This document shows, piece by piece, positions 57,618-64,000 of a DNA stretch of 64,000 nucleotides (within the stretch, counting starts at the first letter, position 1; each line of letters starts with the position of its first letter). Position numbers and translations under genes: made by a program. The notes under the pieces were generated by a model. That model did no database searches, was not told the origin of the DNA, and saw nothing but the letters and a program-made list of their open reading frames with translations. This DNA is from an uncultured virus (IMG/VR IMGVR_UViG_3300032247_001667) (taxonomy: Duplodnaviria > Heunggongvirae > Uroviricota > Caudoviricetes). Location: IMG/VR virus record IMGVR_UViG_3300032247_001667. One strand, written 5' to 3'.

Positions 57618-59752
57618 TATTTATTAACCTCCAAAGCACTATCTGTATTATATATATTTTTACCCTTATTCTCTAAGAATAAAGGGTCATTTATAAGATC
57701 AAATCTTGACTTTTCAATAAATTCATTAGAGTCTTGTTTTACTCCATTTAGGTATACTGCTGATGTATTTTTAGCATACAATCTTGGTAAAGTATAAGAG
57801 TATACATTTCCTGTTAATAGTATATAATTTAATACAGAATTATAAGCTGTTATATTTCCAGTAGTAGATACGCTTGTATTACCAATATTAGTATAGCTAT
57901 TAGATCCACTTTGAATATAATTAATTCCGCTTATTAGTTTTTGACCATTTAAATATAAAAAGTCTTTTTTACCAGTTAATATTATATTTCCGCCAGTATA
58001 ACTATAAAATAAGAATCCAGTTTTATTAAAATCTAATAGAATAGTATCTAAACTATCATAGTTTCCAGAAACATTGGCTATATTATCTATTTTATAATCA
58101 AATATGTTAGCATAATCATTATAATCAATATTATATACGCCGTTATTTGATACATTTGAAATGTTTTGATTTTCTAAGATTCTAAATCTTCTATTTCCAA
58201 CATTAAATTCTGCTGGTTGATTTAAAATAGGAGAATAAGTTGGATTAAATTCAAAAGTATAAACTTCTACAATATCTTTACTGTCTAAAACTCTATTATA
58301 AATTATTTGATTGATACCAATTGAATTTAAATATCCTGTATTTTTAATTAAAGAAGTTCCTCGGTTTATTGTTAAGTTAGAGGTTTTAGATATAAATGCG
58401 CCAGTAATATATTGATTTGTGAATGTTATATTTTCTACCTTCGTTAAATAAGAACCATTATTTTGTATTGTAAAATTATAAATATAGTTTCCAGTAACAA
58501 CAGATGAAGTGAAGTTTGCTCCTACGTTTCCACTAAATGGAAAATTAATTAATTGAGTAAAATTACTATTTGTTATACTTTCAATTCCAGTCTCTAATCC
58601 AGTAAGATAATTTATTCCAGTAATAGCATAACCAGAAAGAACACCAGTTAATCCAGATATAAAAGTTAATGGGATTCCAGTACCACATATATTTACTATT
58701 TCTCCAGCATTTATGTTTACTGTACCAGTTAATCCTGTGCCAGAAATTTGTAATTCATAACCAGTAACAGAACCAGTTATAATTACGTTTGAAAAGAATC
58801 TAGTTACAGTATTTGTATAGTTAAATGATTGAGATGTGTATCCAGTAAAGAATCCAGTAGCTACATGATTAGAACCAACTATATTTCCAGTAATACTTCC
58901 ACTAAGTTGACCTAAATAATCATAAAAAGAATAACTATTTAAACAAGTAAAACTAATTCCAGTAGAACTATCAAATATAGCGCCAGTTAAATTATTAGTC
59001 AATCCAGAATAACTATACAATTCATCAATAGTCGAGAATGTTATTGTTTTATTAATATCATAAATAAATCCATCAGCAAGATCATTTAAATAAGTAGAAT
59101 TTAAAGACTCTTGCAAGAAAATAAATTCATTCATCTTACCTATATAGTTCTTTCCGCTAAAGAATGGCAAAATTTTTCCAGAACCAAGAGTTAAATGATT
59201 AAAATTATTTCTATCTGTTTGAATTGCAAAACTTTCAAATAAGAACTTTTCTGTTGCTGGATCATAAATGTTTATGTTGACGTTACTTAAATTTTTATTA
59301 ACTGATACTATTCCAGCTGTATTTGCTTTTGCATTGGTTATATGAGTTGTTGGGCCATAAATACTATCGTAATATTCATAATAATAATTGTTAAAACTAG
59401 TAATACCAAAGTTAAATCCAGAGTAAATATTTGATCCAGCAGTATCTAATGTAGAGAATAAGACTGCTTGACCACTTCCAGTCTTTTCATAAGCACAATA
59501 AACTGTAAAAAAATCATTTTTTAAGCCAGTAGCATTTTGAATAACAATAGCATTCTTGCCAGTAAAATCTAAACCAGTACTATTAATTAGTAATCCAGAA
59601 TAATTACCAGAAAATACTGAATTATTTTTAAGGTAATAACTAGATCCAGTTTTAATATTACTATTAGTAAAAGTATAATTAAGAATATAATTATTAAGAT
59701 TCAACCCTAGTTGATCTGCATAATAATCAAAGCTATTAGATATCTGTGCCAT
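57617..59752 (-). CDS. (S/T)G-rich virion protein with N-terminal LamG-like domain
   Basis: LTLGSG...YIGKMNEFIFL; C-terminal LYLNGQKL and VYLNGVKQ repeats. Confidence 0.65.
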   Translation of the reverse strand: MAQISNSFDYYADQLGLNLNNYILNYTFTNSNIKTGSSYYLKNNSVFSGNYSGLLINSTGLDFTGKNAIVIQNATGLKNDFFTVYCAYEKTGSGQAVLFSTLDTAGSNIYSGFNFGITSFNNYYYEYYDSIYGPTTHITNAKANTAGIVSVNKNLSNVNINIYDPATEKFLFESFAIQTDRNNFNHLTLGSGKILPFFSGKNYIGKMNEFIFLQESLNSTYLNDLADGFIYDINKTITFSTIDELYSYSGLTNNLTGAIFDSSTGISFTCLNSYSFYDYLGQLSGSITGNIVGSNHVATGFFTGYTSQSFNYTNTVTRFFSNVIITGSVTGYELQISGTGLTGTVNINAGEIVNICGTGIPLTFISGLTGVLSGYAITGINYLTGLETGIESITNSNFTQLINFPFSGNVGANFTSSVVTGNYIYNFTIQNNGSYLTKVENITFTNQYITGAFISKTSNLTINRGTSLIKNTGYLNSIGINQIIYNRVLDSKDIVEVYTFEFNPTYSPILNQPAEFNVGNRRFRILENQNISNVSNNGVYNIDYNDYANIFDYKIDNIANVSGNYDSLDTILLDFNKTGFLFYSYTGGNIILTGKKDFLYLNGQKLISGINYIQSGSNSYTNIGNTSVSTTGNITAYNSVLNYILLTGNVYSYTLPRLYAKNTSAVYLNGVKQDSNEFIEKSRFDLINDPLFLENKGKNIYNTDSALEVNK

Positions 59753-59785
59753 TTCCTTTATCCTTTTGCCTTCATAATATTACAC
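59753..59785 (-). promoter_or_regulatory. GTGTAA-N8-(AGG-N4)x2-AGG element
   Basis: Reverse complement GTGTAA TATTATGA AGG CAAA AGG ATAA AGG AA ATG. Confidence 0.8.
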
Positions 59786-61360
59786 TTAATTGTATTGCGA
59801 AGTTTCAGATGAGAACTCTATATCAAAACTGCAACTTGCGTTTTCTTTGTTTAATACTATATTTGATTTTGTTAATATAAGATCTGAAGCAGCACTAAAG
59901 TAAGTATTTCTTAAGTAATTAGCAAAATCAACTATAAGAGAAGAGTTAAAAGTGGCGATAGGGGTTATACTAACATCAATTAGCGCCGAGCCATTGATAC
60001 CTAAAACATGACGTTTCTTGTAATTTAAATTTTCTATAACGTGCTGACCATTTCCATCTAATACTGGAGAGAATGAATATTGAGTTAATCCTGGACTTAT
60101 TTTAATATTATAAGATAAATTAACTAAACTGCCATATCTACTGTTGGTATCATCATATGATTCACTTGAAGATAATACAGCATTATTCTCATCAATAGTT
60201 AAACTTTTAGATATTAAATGTATTCTTGGTTTATCTACTATATTATTCAAAAACGTTGTTTGAGTTAATAAATCGTTTATTTTACTTAACCCATTTTGGA
60301 CGCTAGAAGAAAACACACTCTTAGCTGTTGAGAAAGTCAAATTAGTATTAGGCTTAACATCGCCTTTATAATCAATCTTATTTATTTGTTCCATAAAATC
60401 GCTACTAATATCTATGCTATAAGTTTTTGATATGCCTTGATCTATTCTTTGATCATTGGTATAATTTTGAGAGAAATTTAAAGTATTAACATCTGGATTA
60501 TAATCATAGTTCTCACCATTAACTTGAAAATCACTAAAGCTTAATCCATAAGGTAAATTAGTTGTAGTAATACTTGCTAGTTGACTTTTTAATGCTGAAA
60601 AACCATACGTTTTACCACCGATTACATTTCCATCTATAGTTAAATTTACATTTCCATCTTCGACACCACTAGAGATATTCATTGTATATCTTAAAACTGG
60701 ACTATTTTCATTACCAGTATCAACAACATAATTTTCTTCTATTGATATGTTTCCATCTAATGCGTTTATTGTTTCTTTTTGATTTAATAAAGTGGGAGTT
60801 GTGAAACTTGCGCCATTCCAGTATGGACCAAAATCAGATAATCTTCCAGTTAAATTATTAATAAAAGCTCTAGCATTAGATAATGCATCGTTGGAAATTT
60901 CAGTTCTTATTCCATCAGCAGATAGTCTATGCGAAATTTGTAATTGCTTATCTTCTGTTTCTTGATATGAAATTTCTCTACTTACATTTTTAACTTTAGC
61001 ACCAAGTCCATTAGTTTTATCGTGACATGTAATTTGAACTGTATATGGGACAATTCCAACATAACTTGATGCATCAATTGAAATAGAATCTAATTGACAA
61101 CATTCAGAATATTCTGTATCTATTGTTATACTAGGATAAAATCCGCCAGAGAAATTAGTAAATAGTTGATCTACTTTATTTTTTAATGTAGCGAATGTAA
61201 GACCAGTCAATTGACCATTAAAAGTATATTGAATTTCACTTCTTTCAAATGCACTATCAAATATTGGCTTAATACTTTTAGTAATATATGGAGGCATTTT
61301 GCTAATATTAGAAAATGGATTTCCTATGCCACTAAATTGAATATTAACTGGAAGAGCCAT
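59786..61360 (-). CDS. Tail/baseplate-region structural protein (probable paralog of 61363-63033)
   Basis: Repeated beta-rich units; second gene after the tape measure. Confidence 0.55.
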   Translation of the reverse strand: MALPVNIQFSGIGNPFSNISKMPPYITKSIKPIFDSAFERSEIQYTFNGQLTGLTFATLKNKVDQLFTNFSGGFYPSITIDTEYSECCQLDSISIDASSYVGIVPYTVQITCHDKTNGLGAKVKNVSREISYQETEDKQLQISHRLSADGIRTEISNDALSNARAFINNLTGRLSDFGPYWNGASFTTPTLLNQKETINALDGNISIEENYVVDTGNENSPVLRYTMNISSGVEDGNVNLTIDGNVIGGKTYGFSALKSQLASITTTNLPYGLSFSDFQVNGENYDYNPDVNTLNFSQNYTNDQRIDQGISKTYSIDISSDFMEQINKIDYKGDVKPNTNLTFSTAKSVFSSSVQNGLSKINDLLTQTTFLNNIVDKPRIHLISKSLTIDENNAVLSSSESYDDTNSRYGSLVNLSYNIKISPGLTQYSFSPVLDGNGQHVIENLNYKKRHVLGINGSALIDVSITPIATFNSSLIVDFANYLRNTYFSAASDLILTKSNIVLNKENASCSFDIEFSSETSQYN

Positions 61361-61362
61361 AA

Positions 61363-63033
61363 TTAAAATCCTTGAGCTGCATTTATTGTGAAATCATTTC
61401 TGATTCTGGATCTTACATCAAATAATATCCATTGTGCGCCACCATTAAATGTATTTCTAACTGGATCAAAAGAATAATCTTTAGAAAGAAGAAAATTAGG
61501 AAGAGTTAATTTAGGAATATAACTATTAAATTGAGTAATGTAAGCTTGAATTGGAGTATTCTTTTTACCTTTTATATCAACATTTATGTATTGTTTTATT
61601 GGACTACTTTGCTTTAAGTATTGGGCTAGCTCTTTTCCTCCTTCTGGACCAAATCCTGGAACTTGAAAAACTTGTATAGTACCTACAGCATCTTCTTCTG
61701 ATCTTTCGATACTAATTGATTTAAAAGAACTCGTATCATATATTGGTCTATTTGAATATTGATGACTAAATGTTATTTTTCCATCTGTTACTGCAAAACT
61801 AAGATTAGTATTTAAAACAAAATATTTAGTTGGAGAAAGTCCAAAAGTAAAAAGTCCTTGAGCCAGACTAGGTATACTTGTATTAGAAGAAGATGTATAA
61901 ACTGAGCTATAATCTGCACTGTATTTATTTAATCCACTTAAAAATTTAGTATTAGAGCTTGGATCATTTGCGCTTGTTTTGCCGTAGGCTATATAAGTTC
62001 CATTTTCTGTAGATTCTATAAAACCATCTTCTGATTTTCTGAAATCAATACTATTATCTTTAATAATTGTACTTTGTAATCTTGATTGATTTGTGAATTC
62101 TATGCTATAATTTATTTTACCAAGAAATTGATCTCTTGTTACTGTTCTTGAAGTTGCTACATTTTGTAAAGTTGTTAATGCTGGAGTTAATTCACTGGAA
62201 AAATCAGTAAGATAAGATTGACATCTATTAAATGCATTAGGATATGAAGCATTAAACAAGCTAAGTGCATTTGTATATTTATCATCAACTAACCCTTGTA
62301 TTTCTGCATCTTCTTTAACTGTAACGACTCCTCCATTAGCTAGTTGCACAGAATATCCAGTTGAAATTGTGGCATTACCAGATATATTATTTAAATAAGT
62401 TAAAGTTTGATTTAGAGAATAAGACCCTTTATATACATCAAATGTTTCATTATAGTATTTTTTATAACTATTAGAATAACCACTACCAAGCATACTTAAT
62501 GCATATTTATTTGTAGTTAAAACTCCATTTGCAATAGTTCTACTTGCGTTAAGAAGAGCTGATCCTGTTGTATTAAAATATTGAAGACTGAATGAATGAG
62601 TATATTCTTTTTTATTTCCTTCTGCTAAAGTTAATCCAAAACTATCTGAAATAGATTCTACATTTTGTAAAGCATAAGTATCTAAATAATCTTTATCAGC
62701 ACTTGAGCCAAATTCGCTATATACTTCAAAGTCTATTTTAGTTGGCTTAGTTCTAACGTCTTGATTTTCGCCTTGATTAAAATCAAATGAAGTTATCTTG
62801 CCACTGGTATAATTAACTCCATTTATTGTGATATCTATAAGGCCATTAAAACTACTAGAATTATAAATTTTAATTTGATTCCAAATACCAGCAACGCCAG
62901 TAACTGTATTTAAGCTTAATAAGATTCCTTCTATTGAAATATTTTGAACTTGTCTAAGAGCAATTCCTCCTTGAGAAAAACTATAATTATTTGTTATGCC
63001 TAATATTGTAGGATTTTCTAATGAAATGTTCAT
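61363..63033 (-). CDS. Tail/baseplate-region structural protein
   Basis: Immediately after the tape measure; repeated units (GSYSLNQT, GKINYSIEF, GKITFSHQY). Confidence 0.55.
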   Translation of the reverse strand: MNISLENPTILGITNNYSFSQGGIALRQVQNISIEGILLSLNTVTGVAGIWNQIKIYNSSSFNGLIDITINGVNYTSGKITSFDFNQGENQDVRTKPTKIDFEVYSEFGSSADKDYLDTYALQNVESISDSFGLTLAEGNKKEYTHSFSLQYFNTTGSALLNASRTIANGVLTTNKYALSMLGSGYSNSYKKYYNETFDVYKGSYSLNQTLTYLNNISGNATISTGYSVQLANGGVVTVKEDAEIQGLVDDKYTNALSLFNASYPNAFNRCQSYLTDFSSELTPALTTLQNVATSRTVTRDQFLGKINYSIEFTNQSRLQSTIIKDNSIDFRKSEDGFIESTENGTYIAYGKTSANDPSSNTKFLSGLNKYSADYSSVYTSSSNTSIPSLAQGLFTFGLSPTKYFVLNTNLSFAVTDGKITFSHQYSNRPIYDTSSFKSISIERSEEDAVGTIQVFQVPGFGPEGGKELAQYLKQSSPIKQYINVDIKGKKNTPIQAYITQFNSYIPKLTLPNFLLSKDYSFDPVRNTFNGGAQWILFDVRSRIRNDFTINAAQGF

Positions 63034-63034
63034 T

Positions 63035-64000
63035 TTATGCTACTGCTTGTTGCGCTGCTACTAATTGTGATGGTGGAGTTTTTTCTCCGCTTTTACCTTC
63101 TAAAATTCTTATTCTTTCATTTGCTTGAGCAACTACTGCTTGTAAAGCGGCTACAATAGCTTGAGTTGTTGTGTCTGGAGTTGATGTTATATTAATATTA
63201 GCATTTACTGGTGAAATATTTACAGATGCTGTAGTTGCTCCTATTATTGATCCATTTGCGCCTTTAGGAGGATTTTGTAGCCCATTTTCTGATGGAGGAA
63301 TCGTTGATCCATTTGCTCCATTTCCAGTAGGTTGTGGATTTGGATTTTCTTCTTGCTTTCTTTTCTTTTTAGCCTCTGCTGCGATTTTTATTCGTTCTGC
63401 TGCTTGTTGTAACCATTCGTTTCCTTCTTTTTGATCCATGACTTGATGACCAGTCATTCCGTGTTCAAATATTTTTGCAAAAACATCAGTAAGTGCCCCA
63501 CTAATATTTTGATTTTCTCCAGTATCCTTATCTTTAGTTAAACCAAAAGTAGGTATTTTACCTATTAGAAAACCAAGACCTGCTCCTAAAGCTCCAAAAA
63601 CTGCAATAAGACCAGCGACTGATGCTCCTAATACTGTGATAGCTTCTCCTAGTGGTAAAGCTGCCGCTTCAAGTAAGGTTAATGATATTCCTGCAGCTTC
63701 TATTCCTGCTATAGTTTCTCCTGCAAGAGTTGCGCCTTCTACTACAACTGTTTCTGCTGCAACAACTGCCCCCTCTCCTGCTCCTGCTACTGCTGCTGGG
63801 GCTGCGCCAGTAAAAAGACCCTTTAATATTGATAATCCACCTAATGATGCAAGCGCAGTTACAACAGGGCCAAGAACATTAGCTAAAAGTGTAAATCCAA
63901 TTATTAAAGCTTGTGTAGATTCATTTAATCCATTCCACCATTTCTTTATATCATCGATTGTACTAGACATTGCATCTGTAATTATTTTACTATCTGAAGA
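63035..64000 (-). CDS. C-terminal part of a probable tail tape measure protein (partial)
   Basis: Frame stays open to the window edge (SSDSKIITDAM...); Ala/Gly-rich hydrophobic stretches; upstream of the tail genes. Confidence 0.6.
   Translation of the reverse strand, partial: SSDSKIITDAMSSTIDDIKKWWNGLNESTQALIIGFTLLANVLGPVVTALASLGGLSILKGLFTGAAPAAVAGAGEGAVVAAETVVVEGATLAGETIAGIEAAGISLTLLEAAALPLGEAITVLGASVAGLIAVFGALGAGLGFLIGKIPTFGLTKDKDTGENQNISGALTDVFAKIFEHGMTGHQVMDQKEGNEWLQQAAERIKIAAEAKKKRKQEENPNPQPTGNGANGSTIPPSENGLQNPPKGANGSIIGATTASVNISPVNANINITSTPDTTTQAIVAALQAVVAQANERIRILEGKSGEKTPPSQLVAAQQAVA

Noticed and set aside
7204..63434. Short alternative-frame and antisense ORFs in the track (e.g. 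7204, 9416, 9528, 11586, 12446, 13994, 14306, 16912, 17379, 17611, 19437, 22026, 23404, 28575, 31184, 33362, 35306, 47487, 48257, 49733, 50321, 50448, 51104, 51448, 63171)
   Set aside because: They overlap well-supported genes and have no motifs or expression signals; they are expected shadows in AT-rich DNA
1..64000. Stop-codon reassignment
   Set aside because: Genes are full-length and tightly packed under the standard code, and TAA, TAG and TGA all end recognisable proteins
1..64000. Giant eukaryotic virus or bacterial chromosome origin
   Set aside because: Sigma70 promoters, DnaE/DnaB/RecA, operon-style overlaps and a tape-measure/tail block point to a tailed phage; no cellular housekeeping context is present

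Overview
This is a very AT-rich, gene-dense segment of a large tailed dsDNA bacteriophage (jumbo-phage-like), read in the standard genetic code. Two blocks converge at 31355/31356. The + strand (1-31355) carries small membrane and LamG-domain genes, tRNA-Thr(UGU), a ferritin/Dps-like gene and a ~13 kb glycan-biosynthesis cluster (3493-16484). That cluster has GT2/GT4/GT7/GT9/GT17-like glycosyltransferases, C- and O-methyltransferases, an SDR epimerase, a HAD-nucleotidyltransferase fusion, a GDPD-like protein and Gmd. A replication/recombination module follows: RecA, DnaB, ThyX, DnaG-like primase, PD-(D/E)XK nucleases, a Pol III alpha split into PHP, DEDD exonuclease and core genes, a Whirly-like SSB, a GT4/GT9 pair and an annealing protein. 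The - strand (31356-64000) is a tail module: the end of a probable tape measure, baseplate-like genes, and very large RCC1-, FG-GAP- and LamG-containing proteins strongly enriched in (S/T)G dipeptides. Two promoter classes are visible. Sigma70-type TTGACN-17/18-TAnnAT promoters give leaderless or near-leaderless mRNAs. A phage-specific GTGTAA element sits 8-9 nt before either a start codon or an AGG-N4-AGG leader. The main hypothesis is a phage-encoded virion glycosylation system (sugar cluster plus (S/T)G-rich tail proteins). All product calls come from motif recognition by eye; no database searches were run.
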